Shown here one piece after another: positions 55,818 to 64,000 of a stretch of 64,000 nt of DNA (position 1 is the stretch's first letter; each line of letters begins with the position of its first letter). Both the position numbers and the translations under genes were made by a program. A model generated the notes under the pieces. The model ran no database searches. It was not told where the DNA came from and worked only from the letters and a program-made list of their open reading frames with translations. The DNA lies in the IMG/VR virus record IMGVR_UViG_3300013113_000555, positions 6,851 to 70,850 of that record; one strand, 5' to 3'. This DNA comes from a virus.

Positions 55818-56774
55818 TTATGCCATAACTATCTCAAAAGTGGCTCTTACGGTTCCCCTATGCAATCTAGCAGTAGGTGACTGCATTTCTGTAACATTTA
55901 TACCATAAAATCTAGCCATCTTAAAACGATAGGCATTTACAAGTTTGGGATACATTGGTGCGTCAGGCAATATCATACCTCTGTAGTCTAAAGGATAGCC
56001 TGTAGCACTAGCAACTAAATTGTTATCATATAACCATATACTTCTGTCTTTTTCTAAAGATATTATGTCAACTAGCTGATTTCTCCACCATCTAGATTCA
56101 GATATAATATGAAATAAAACATCAGTATAAACAAAATTGCCAACAGTACCCATTTCATAAGGTCTAAATTGCCTTCTAGAAGTTGCCTCTATGACAACCG
56201 CAGGTAATTGAACCCTATTATTAGCCAATATCTGCCAGTTACCAGAGCCAGAATCATACAATGTTGAATCGTCAACCCTTAAAGAACCATATTGAATCTC
56301 ATCCCACCAAGGGGCTTGATCTGCAATATAGGTTTGAACGTTTCTATAAGAATAATTTAATTGAACATTAGAATTTTCAGGTATAGCACTATTAAATACA
56401 ACTCTACCCAAAGGATAGTTATAATGATGACCATAGGTAGCATCACCAGTTCCGTAAAAAGTACCATTCACTGTAACCCCAGAAATTTGAACAGGTTGGC
56501 TATCATAATAAACCCCTGTTTCCCAAACCCAATCTTTTCTAGCTGCTTCCCAAATTTGACCTTGTGAATAAGAAGGATCGTCTACAAGTCGCAGTTTGTC
56601 AAACGTTCCACCAAAAGCACCAGATGTAGGTATTGATACATTACTAAATGAACCTATACCTAGCAATCCCCAATCTAGATAAGACTTCATATTACTCTCA
56701 ATTTGCGAAGTCAATAAAGTCTCACCAACTTGAGATACATGCTTATTTAATCTAGTATAAGAATTTACAGCCAT
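55818..56774 (-). CDS. Putative tail completion/terminator protein
   Basis: Position just upstream of the tail tube; RVQLPAVVIE...YTDVLFHIISE pattern. Confidence 0.5.
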   Translation of the reverse strand: MAVNSYTRLNKHVSQVGETLLTSQIESNMKSYLDWGLLGIGSFSNVSIPTSGAFGGTFDKLRLVDDPSYSQGQIWEAARKDWVWETGVYYDSQPVQISGVTVNGTFYGTGDATYGHHYNYPLGRVVFNSAIPENSNVQLNYSYRNVQTYIADQAPWWDEIQYGSLRVDDSTLYDSGSGNWQILANNRVQLPAVVIEATSRRQFRPYEMGTVGNFVYTDVLFHIISESRWWRNQLVDIISLEKDRSIWLYDNNLVASATGYPLDYRGMILPDAPMYPKLVNAYRFKMARFYGINVTEMQSPTARLHRGTVRATFEIVMA

Positions 56775-57433
56775 TATTTTATTCCTTGTGTGATCTTAGT
56801 TAGTTCTCGCCTTATAACAGCGTCTATTTTAGACTCTATAATGTCAGCAGTCTCAGTAACAAAATTATTACCTTCTGTGCCAGCAACCTCTCTAGGAACA
56901 CTCCATACACCACCTTCTTGACGAATCATTATACCTACACCAGTTCTACTTTGAGGGTAGTTACCAGCCTTGAAATTATAGCCAATAATCACTGGTGAAG
57001 TACCTACAAGAAGCAACCAATTTAGCCACTCCACCACCGTCTGACCACCAAACATATTAGTAGATATAAAAACCGCTTCCGGCAATGTTAATACATCAGA
57101 ATAATCTGAACGTATTGCTCCAATATTAATTAATCCTAAACCTTTATTTTTTTTGTATTCTACGGAAATATTATTAGCCCAATAATTTATTATTGAGTCA
57201 AACTTAGACAGGCTTTCTAGTCCTATCTGACCTCTAATATTTTGATCGCTTGCAATAGCCACATAAGCCCTTGAACTCTTTAAGGCTTCTTCTATAGTGG
57301 GGGCAAGAACTTTTTTTATATTCTTAATCAATAAGGGTGTTTTTTTTTCAAACTGTCTAGCTATTTCTTGTATTACACCCTTTTCAAATTCTGATTTAAA
57401 ATTTGGTAGTTCAATAGATGCTTTAAGAGTCAT
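56774..57433 (-). CDS. Putative neck/tail-completion protein
   Basis: Start moved to 57433 (ATGA overlap); WLNWLL...SRTGVGIM...WSVP...GT..NNFVT. Confidence 0.5.
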   Translation of the reverse strand: MTLKASIELPNFKSEFEKGVIQEIARQFEKKTPLLIKNIKKVLAPTIEEALKSSRAYVAIASDQNIRGQIGLESLSKFDSIINYWANNISVEYKKNKGLGLINIGAIRSDYSDVLTLPEAVFISTNMFGGQTVVEWLNWLLLVGTSPVIIGYNFKAGNYPQSRTGVGIMIRQEGGVWSVPREVAGTEGNNFVTETADIIESKIDAVIRRELTKITQGIK

Positions 57434-57951
57434 CCTGATTTCTCCCAAAGGCAACTAATAAATGGACTATTGCCCCACCCGCAAGGTTGTGGTTCGCTTA
57501 ATCTTTGATACCTATGTCTTCCATAAGCCGCTATATCTGTAGCAACAATTAATTCTTTAGCTCTTTTTAAAGCTGGGGTATTGGTAGCAAAAGTCATAAC
57601 CTGAATAGTTCCTGCTGGATTATTTACAGTTCCTACATCCATAAATTGCTTATAGTCCCATATAACCATCAAATTAATATTTTCAGAAGTTTCTAGCCCC
57701 TTCTTGCCATTTCCATTACACATAGGGCATATAGAACCAAAAGGAAACGGAACTGGTCCACCATCCTGAAAGCGATTAGAAGACTTATTACCTATAGGAT
57801 CAAAAACGCAATTAGAACAATCTTCATACTTTGTAACACCATAATACAAGGTACAAGGAATAGTCAAAGCGTCATCGTACAATAGCGAAGATATCGCATT
57901 GTTAAATAAATTCTTTAAATCGCTATTTATGATACCAGAAAAATTATTCAT
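57430..57951 (-). CDS. Putative head-closure protein with Cys4 insertion
   Basis: CSNCVFD...CPMCNGNG; position in the head-tail joining block. Confidence 0.5.
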   Translation of the reverse strand: MNNFSGIINSDLKNLFNNAISSLLYDDALTIPCTLYYGVTKYEDCSNCVFDPIGNKSSNRFQDGGPVPFPFGSICPMCNGNGKKGLETSENINLMVIWDYKQFMDVGTVNNPAGTIQVMTFATNTPALKRAKELIVATDIAAYGRHRYQRLSEPQPCGWGNSPFISCLWEKSG

Positions 57952-57952
57952 C

Positions 57953-58435
57953 TTATACTACTGTATATGAGATATGGTAGGATACATTACCTGCTGTGTT
58001 ATTTATAGTTAAAGCTTCACCTAGCTCTGTTGAGAACATAGGTGAGTCTGCATCGCCTTGAACAGCAACGCCACCATTAGCTGCAACGGAAAAACCAGAA
58101 AATATAGGAGTTGCATTTGTTTGAAAAGTAACAGTAGAAGCTGCGTCTGCAACAAATGTATAGCCAACAACCTCAATCGTTCTTCCTTCGATAGCCTCAA
58201 CAACAGTACCAGAAGTAGCAGCACCAACATTTCCATCTGCCGTTCTAACAAAATCTTCATTTAAAGCATACTGATATTCATTATTAATTTGACCAGTTGT
58301 AGGCAAATTACTAACATAAGTATCAATAAGGTAGTTTGATCCTAATGCACCGGAACCAGCACCTCTAGGTGCATTAACCAAAATAGTTCCTTCTTTATGG
58401 GTTGTGTCTGGACCCTTGGGTTGAAAAACTGTCAT
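57953..58435 (-). CDS. Hypothetical virion protein (beta-rich)
   Basis: Gly/Ala/Thr/Val-rich ORF in the structural arm. Confidence 0.55.
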   Translation of the reverse strand: MTVFQPKGPDTTHKEGTILVNAPRGAGSGALGSNYLIDTYVSNLPTTGQINNEYQYALNEDFVRTADGNVGAATSGTVVEAIEGRTIEVVGYTFVADAASTVTFQTNATPIFSGFSVAANGGVAVQGDADSPMFSTELGEALTINNTAGNVSYHISYTVV

Positions 58436-58449
58436 TTTATATTCTCCAA

Positions 58450-58998
58450 TTAATAGTTTCTATTTCTATAGGGGTTTTGAGTGTCCTGTTGTCCCAATCC
58501 TCCATCCCCCATAGGGGGATAAAAATCATTTGAAGCAAACGGAGACATAACAGCACGGATAATTCTTTTTCCTTCATAACTAAAGTTATATTCATTCTTT
58601 AATTCTTCATAGGCTTTACATGGACCGTTTGTTAATAAATCTTTTAGGTACTGACCATAAGCACCAAGTTCAAGAACAGCAGGTCCACATCTAGCCTTTA
58701 CTCCTTGCAATAACGCAGCATTTCTAAAATTGCCTTCATCAGCCATACAAGAAGCTCTTAAAACCATAAAGTTAATAAATTCTACACCATCGTCTTGACC
58801 AATAGGATCGGGGCTTATTGTGTTTTGTTCAACATCAACGATATAAGAACTATTAAAGTTAATATCTACTGGTAAAAAATACGCAGCAGTAATTAAAAGT
58901 TGTTCCAATCTTGAATTTGAATATTTAGTCTCACCACAACCAGCATCGTTAAGCATGGTTCTTAGCATCAATAAACTAGTGTTTTGCCAACTTGCCAT
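58450..58998 (-). CDS. Putative head-tail adaptor
   Basis: MLRTMLND...YSNSRLEQLLITAA pattern of connector proteins; position. Confidence 0.55.
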   Translation of the reverse strand: MASWQNTSLLMLRTMLNDAGCGETKYSNSRLEQLLITAAYFLPVDINFNSSYIVDVEQNTISPDPIGQDDGVEFINFMVLRASCMADEGNFRNAALLQGVKARCGPAVLELGAYGQYLKDLLTNGPCKAYEELKNEYNFSYEGKRIIRAVMSPFASNDFYPPMGDGGLGQQDTQNPYRNRNY

Positions 58999-59007
58999 TT
59001 TATTACC

Positions 59008-59316
59008 TTATCTGTCTGACACGAAAAGTATGCCATCGCCTTGTAATATTTGCGAAGCATTGGTATTTATAGTAATTTCTATTCTATAGGTTAAGCCGGA
59101 AGTACCGCCTTCTATATACATCTCTATTTTTGAACCATTTATGGTTTCACCAGTTATAGTTAGATCGCTTACGCCACCATCAATTTCTTCTGATGTTACA
59201 CTAGCTATTGATGTTATTGTTTCACCCGAAGATAATAAAGCTGCAAATTCCATAGAGAACCTACGCTTTTCACCCGGTTGTTTACAAAGTCTTTGATTTG
59301 CTGTAATATTTGACAT
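59008..59316 (-). CDS. Small Ig-like fibre/tail adaptor protein
   Basis: KQPGEKRRFSMEF...GETITS...GGTSGLTYRIEITINT...ILQGD pattern. Confidence 0.55.
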   Translation of the reverse strand: MSNITANQRLCKQPGEKRRFSMEFAALLSSGETITSIASVTSEEIDGGVSDLTITGETINGSKIEMYIEGGTSGLTYRIEITINTNASQILQGDGILFVSDR

Positions 59317-59325
59317 TTTTTACCC

Positions 59326-59862
59326 CTAATTGTAGGACGTTCCTCTTTCATTTATAATCCAAGTACTGTTTTGACTATCTACTTTCCAAGTATCTGATTG
59401 AGCAACCCTTATCCATTCGGAACTTCTTTCTGGTATAGCCCAAAGAACACCCCTTCGGTCTAGAACCCATATTAAAGTTTGACCAACTATATCTATAGGT
59501 AAGTCATTGTTTACTATAATGCTCGATAGTATTTCTATTGGTAAATCTTGCTGAGTAAATACAGCTATTACCTGTCTAAATTCTATAGGCAAGTTCTGTT
59601 GTGGTAGTTGTATATTCCTTAAATGTTCAATAGGTAAATTATTAATAAAATTAACATTAGCCAGTGTCTCTATTGGTTTATTAAAATCAATAGAAAGCTG
59701 CTCTAATGTTTCAATAGGTAAAGATAAAATTACAGAAACTATGTTAACCGCATCCGTATAATACCAACCAAAAGTTGATACAGGAGTAAGGTTATCGGTC
59801 AGAGTAGGCTCTGTATACCAACCTTGGGTTGATACAGATGTTAAGTCTGTTCCAATAGTCAT
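59326..59862 (-). CDS. Hypothetical protein with six (L/K)PI(E/D) repeats
   Basis: LPIETL, KPIETL, LPIEHL, LPIEFR, LPIEIL and LPIDIV at 14-16 aa spacing. Confidence 0.65.
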   Translation of the reverse strand: MTIGTDLTSVSTQGWYTEPTLTDNLTPVSTFGWYYTDAVNIVSVILSLPIETLEQLSIDFNKPIETLANVNFINNLPIEHLRNIQLPQQNLPIEFRQVIAVFTQQDLPIEILSSIIVNNDLPIDIVGQTLIWVLDRRGVLWAIPERSSEWIRVAQSDTWKVDSQNSTWIINERGTSYN

Positions 59863-60533
59863 TAGCTTCTGTTTCTTTCATTACCTGATTTCGTTAGTGT
59901 GTAAAGTATTGTTGAGTTATCTTGTGCATAAAATTCAAATACACCAGTTCCGTTTTCAAGTATTCTTCCTTGTGCCATTGATAGTAATATATCCATAATA
60001 TCGCCAAATGGAACTCCGTCATATTGTGTATTGTTTAATTCGTTTACTACCCCAGTTGGCAGCGTTGTTTGAATAGTTGTTGTTTGTTCTGATATTGTAC
60101 CAGTAGTTGCTATTCCAGCAGCAATAAGATCGTCATAGTTTATTGATATTCTATCAATAAGATTAGAAACCTGTGCTTGTGCTAGTTTAACCTGCCCTTC
60201 TGTTGTAAATGGACTAGTAAAATCATCAGAGAATACGTTTCCAACAAAGTTGGTATTGTCCGATATCTGTATTTGCCAGTTATTAATTGTAAAAAATGTA
60301 GCCCCAAGAAAATTTCCTTCAACAGTGGGGTCTCCACCTACTGATCTGCACGCTGGTACAAATTTTAAATAATCTCTTAATTTGCTCCATTGCTTCCAAG
60401 ACGAATAAATATCATCTTCTATACTTATAGAAGATTCACCATCATTTATAATAATAAGCTTATTGGGTCCATCAAAAGTAACTTTATGATAAAGTTGCCA
60501 AAGATCATCCCCCCATATTTGCCATAATAACAT
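59862..60533 (-). CDS. Hypothetical virion protein
   Basis: VTFDGPNKLII...DIYSSWKQW...RSVGGDP...FFTINNWQI; structural arm. Confidence 0.6.
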   Translation of the reverse strand: MLLWQIWGDDLWQLYHKVTFDGPNKLIIINDGESSISIEDDIYSSWKQWSKLRDYLKFVPACRSVGGDPTVEGNFLGATFFTINNWQIQISDNTNFVGNVFSDDFTSPFTTEGQVKLAQAQVSNLIDRISINYDDLIAAGIATTGTISEQTTTIQTTLPTGVVNELNNTQYDGVPFGDIMDILLSMAQGRILENGTGVFEFYAQDNSTILYTLTKSGNERNRS

Positions 60534-63040
60534 TATATATGCTCGATAAAGTTCATAGAAGCGACTGCACTGATAGATTTAGGTTCAGTGTTTTGCGACT
60601 CTATTGTTAATACTTGATTTTGTAAGTCTTCGGCGTAAGCTGTTAGGTTGAACGCAATGTCAAGGTCGTCTGTTCTTTCTTCAAATTCCCACTGTTCCCA
60701 TTCTCCATAGTGCGACTTCCACCACCAGCCATGACCCCAAGCTACGGATGTAACAAACACAGCAGCAGAACCCGTAGTGCTAGAGAAGCCCACACCATTA
60801 GCTTTGTGTCCTACTGTTGCACCAGAAAACTTACCGTTGTAAGAGCCATAATTAGCTGTAGTCGATCCATCTGCTTCTGTTCCGTGAGCATCAGAAGATG
60901 GTGCGATTCTAACTCTTGTGATCGCTCCACCACCGTCTACTTCACAGACTTTCAAAACAGCCTCTCTGTGATTTTTAATACCAGAATCTAACTCAAGAAG
61001 ATCGCCAACTGTGTAGCCAGTTCCACCGGAACCGATAGTAGGAACCCCACCAATTCGGAAACCCGTCATACCATCACTCCAATCAACATTACTAAGGTTA
61101 GCATTGTGTGGAGTCCAAATAGCATCAGCTACTTGAGAATTCTTTCTGATCCTCAGTAGTGCTGGTCCATCGGCCAACCCAGCGATTATGTGGTCGCCAG
61201 TACCAGCGGCAATGTTGATAGCAGATGCGTCTACAACCGCACCCGTATATGTTGAGGCAAGCTGAAAATCATCGCTATCAGTAACAATGACATAGTAAAT
61301 TCCGTAATCATCAAGACCAGACAACGCAGTATTACCATTAGATTGATAGAATACGGGAGTTCCGGTTGTTAAGCCGTGATTTTTAATTGTGATCGTATCT
61401 GTACCAGCATCAACTGCGGTCGCAGCATCAAACGTTCTACTAATCCTGTCGTCCAATAAGGAAACTGCAACATCTGCTAATTGGGTATATGCCCTGTTGT
61501 CTAATCCTGTCGGACCTCTGGTTGCTCTTGCTTGAACTCCAAAAATAGGAATCTCACCAGCCGTACTATCAATGTGCCTCACATCTCGCTGTGCATTACC
61601 GTGATGGTAGCTAGGCATATGGTCATCGTTGGTCTGCTTGAACACACCAATTTTGTTGATCTTTAGAATAGTTTCCTGACCAGCAGAACCAGAGCCATTG
61701 TTCAATACTTCTGCCCTAAATGGTAATGCAGAAACAGGCGTTGGTGTAATGGAATCTTTATTATAGAACTTGAATTCGTGACAGATGATTTTCTCACCAG
61801 AGTCATTGTACACACCAAACCTAGCTTTACCAACGCCATTATTAGGAATGGTGATAAAGTAAACGTTTGTCTTAGTAAAATCTAAAACAAAACCTTGGTT
61901 GTCTGATCCGTCTAACTGATTCACATTAAATTCAGACTGAGGAATAAAATCGCTAACTACGCTTCCAGTAGAGTTGCTTCTGTGGGCAACGCATACAATT
62001 GTTTCTCCACCAGTGTTTTCTCCACCGCTAGGGTCAAAGTCAGTATTTGTACCGTTAGCTTCTAGGATTTCCCAAAAGAAACCATTATTGTCATCGTAGA
62101 ATCCATACCTTCTGGTGACACCCGGAGTAGCTGCCGTTTGATGAACAGCAAACTGAATTTCCGTGTCTCCACCTCTACAAAGGGGAACGTAGAACTGGCT
62201 AGTCATAACCGATCCACACCCAGCAACAGTTCCACCAGTGGTTAGGTGCAATGTTTTAGTAACCTCGTCTGCACCAACAATCCCAACAGAAGTAATAACT
62301 GCACTTTCTTCTCCATCAATACTCATATTTCTGATGGTTTCGGCAGCTTGAAACGGAGTTAGGGTAGCGTTAACCACATCTCGTAAATACAAAATATTGT
62401 TAGCCGTGTCTGTAGATTTCACTACTCCGTAAGCACCGCTAGTGTCTCCTCTTACTTTGTCTCCAACAGTAAATCCAGAACCAACATTTACTCCACTATT
62501 GTATTTGATCGCAACTTCTTCTGAAACATACTCAGGGTCAGTCGCATCAGCCACATAGTCAAAGTTGAAGGTAAACTCTGGAACATTATTTAATGTAATA
62601 GAATATGCTTGGGTATCAGCAGAAACACCCGGAAGGGCGACACGCAAAAAGTTTTGGTCAGTAATAGACGCTCTAAACTCTGGATTATTAGAGTCAACAA
62701 TTGTATTAGCCTGATAGTAAATATCACTAATCTGTTCTGCATCACCAGCAGAAGTATTAACATCTGCTGTATAAGTGCCTCCAATACTAATTTGATCGTT
62801 GTCTGCAAATGCCCCAGTAACTTCTTTGAGGAAAAGCTGTCCAGCACCGCTAGAAAAACCAGCAACATTTACACCTGTAATAACAGCCGATCCGCCACTA
62901 GTTACTATTGTATCGCCTACAAAAAACTGTTGTCCAGGTTGTAGATTATCATAAAACAGAGAAGTTCTCTTGAAAGTACCTAATTTTTTACCGGTACTAT
63001 CAGGAGGTATCTGTATGCTTGAAGTATTTATATGGGTCAT
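60533..63040 (-). CDS. Putative tail fibre/appendage protein (mosaic beta domains)
   Basis: 835 aa. Two F(x)VGD...SGA.G.V...LYL..V...F...E.I segments; lectin-like middle; HGLTTG.PV.Y...GL.D..IYYV...F.LA module; GGTGYTVGD repeat. Confidence 0.6.
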   Translation of the reverse strand: MTHINTSSIQIPPDSTGKKLGTFKRTSLFYDNLQPGQQFFVGDTIVTSGGSAVITGVNVAGFSSGAGQLFLKEVTGAFADNDQISIGGTYTADVNTSAGDAEQISDIYYQANTIVDSNNPEFRASITDQNFLRVALPGVSADTQAYSITLNNVPEFTFNFDYVADATDPEYVSEEVAIKYNSGVNVGSGFTVGDKVRGDTSGAYGVVKSTDTANNILYLRDVVNATLTPFQAAETIRNMSIDGEESAVITSVGIVGADEVTKTLHLTTGGTVAGCGSVMTSQFYVPLCRGGDTEIQFAVHQTAATPGVTRRYGFYDDNNGFFWEILEANGTNTDFDPSGGENTGGETIVCVAHRSNSTGSVVSDFIPQSEFNVNQLDGSDNQGFVLDFTKTNVYFITIPNNGVGKARFGVYNDSGEKIICHEFKFYNKDSITPTPVSALPFRAEVLNNGSGSAGQETILKINKIGVFKQTNDDHMPSYHHGNAQRDVRHIDSTAGEIPIFGVQARATRGPTGLDNRAYTQLADVAVSLLDDRISRTFDAATAVDAGTDTITIKNHGLTTGTPVFYQSNGNTALSGLDDYGIYYVIVTDSDDFQLASTYTGAVVDASAINIAAGTGDHIIAGLADGPALLRIRKNSQVADAIWTPHNANLSNVDWSDGMTGFRIGGVPTIGSGGTGYTVGDLLELDSGIKNHREAVLKVCEVDGGGAITRVRIAPSSDAHGTEADGSTTANYGSYNGKFSGATVGHKANGVGFSSTTGSAAVFVTSVAWGHGWWWKSHYGEWEQWEFEERTDDLDIAFNLTAYAEDLQNQVLTIESQNTEPKSISAVASMNFIEHI

Positions 63041-63061
63041 TTACAATTTCCTTTTTATATA

Positions 63062-63103
63062 TTAAAACGAAAGCCCTCTCCCTATATTGTATAAGGAGAG
63101 AGC
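63062..63103 (-). terminator. Intrinsic terminator
   Basis: On the - strand a 14-bp stem GCTCTCTCCTTATA-CAA-TATAGGGAGAGGGC followed by TTTCGTTTT. Confidence 0.75.
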
Positions 63104-63122
63104 CATAAATCGTTTTTAAAGA

Positions 63123-63998
63123 TCACGGATTGCTATAGTTACGCTCAAGGGCGGATACAAGTGAGAAGACGTTTGTAGATTGTCTAGTCACAGTTCCAGC
63201 AGTTGAAACGTACTGAGCAGTATTCAACCCAATAGCAACAATAGTAACAGGGGCGTTTTCACCAGCAGAAGCAGCACCACGCTGAGTGTTGTTATCAAAG
63301 TCAAATTCAAAATCAACCGGAGAGGTTGTAATATCAGCAGCTACTCCAGCGATCATATCATTTCCAGAAGTATCCTTAACAATAATGGCTTCATCAGTAC
63401 CATAGTCACGACCAGTATTATCTCCTGCATCATCATTAGTAAAGAATACAACAATCTTTGTATCGTCGTCATCAATAATGTTCTGGTTAACAGAAATACT
63501 AATAATAGACAAGAAAGCAAAGTTTCTACCAACACCAAGAACATCGTTGAAAGTAACATTGTTTTTCTCATTTGCATTGAGGTCGTCAATAAACAAATTC
63601 AAAGTTGTACCATTTGGAGAAGCAAAACTCATTAAAAGATCAGTTACATCACCACGGAAAACATTTCCAGCAGTAGAAATATCTGATACTGGTCTAAAGT
63701 CACTATCGTCTAGACTTGTAGCGAATCCGCGACGAAGTTGCTTTTGTAACCACTGGAAACAGTTAGCAAGAGTACCGTTATTACCAAACAGTCTCCAATT
63801 AAAGCTAAACGCTTGTGACTGAGGACTTCTGATAAAGCCGTTCTCACCACTAAGTACAGCGGTAGCATCGTCTGCATTAGCAGTAAGTGTATTGTCTTGG
63901 AAAAGACTAAGAGTATCGTTTGTAGAAGTAGTTGTACTAATTCCAGAGATAACATAGCTTCCATCATTTGCTGCATCTTCTGCACTTCCAACTCTAAC
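63123..63998 (-). CDS. Virion structural protein, 5'-truncated by window end
   Basis: The frame of the 169-aa track ORF stays open to the window edge (...FQWLQKQLRRG...MSFASP...ALERNYSNP*), so the listed ATG at 63632 is internal. Confidence 0.75.
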   Translation of the reverse strand, partial: VRVGSAEDAANDGSYVISGISTTTSTNDTLSLFQDNTLTANADDATAVLSGENGFIRSPQSQAFSFNWRLFGNNGTLANCFQWLQKQLRRGFATSLDDSDFRPVSDISTAGNVFRGDVTDLLMSFASPNGTTLNLFIDDLNANEKNNVTFNDVLGVGRNFAFLSIISISVNQNIIDDDDTKIVVFFTNDDAGDNTGRDYGTDEAIIVKDTSGNDMIAGVAADITTSPVDFEFDFDNNTQRGAASAGENAPVTIVAIGLNTAQYVSTAGTVTRQSTNVFSLVSALERNYSNP

Positions 63999-64000
63999 AA

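Noticed and set aside
63710-64000. 96-aa - strand ORF in the track
   Set aside because: It overlaps, in another frame, the continuous reading frame of the truncated structural gene ending at 63123.
1-64000. Stop-codon reassignment
   Set aside because: Genes ending in TAG, TGA and TAA are each followed immediately by the next start, and coding density is near complete in the standard code.

Overview
This 64 kb window is part of a large, AT-rich tailed dsDNA phage genome read in the standard bacterial code; the host cannot be determined from the window. It has two convergent gene arms. The + arm (1-29793) carries dCMP deaminase, a class II (B12-type) ribonucleotide reductase, and a papain-like protease with a run of small membrane proteins. 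It continues with HNH and DUF559-type nucleases, RecA, DnaB, DnaG, dNMP kinase, a Cas4-like exonuclease, and a DnaE polymerase split into two genes (no intein) around a DEDDh exonuclease. It ends with a small sigma factor and a nine-gene glycosyltransferase/nucleotidyltransferase cluster. The - arm (29908-64000) is a virion morphogenesis block: head-tail joining proteins, a tail tube with no adjacent sheath, two paralogous chaperone-like genes, a 3400-aa tape measure protein and a 3083-aa Cys-patterned repeat tail protein. The two strongest signals not explained by the ORF track are non-coding. One is a ~230-nt pseudoknot-capable RNA with its own promoter and terminator directly upstream of nrdJ (772-1001). 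The other is a non-canonical tRNA-like RNA at the junction of the two arms (29800-29904). All family assignments come from motifs read by eye, and all base pairings were worked out by hand; no searches were run.
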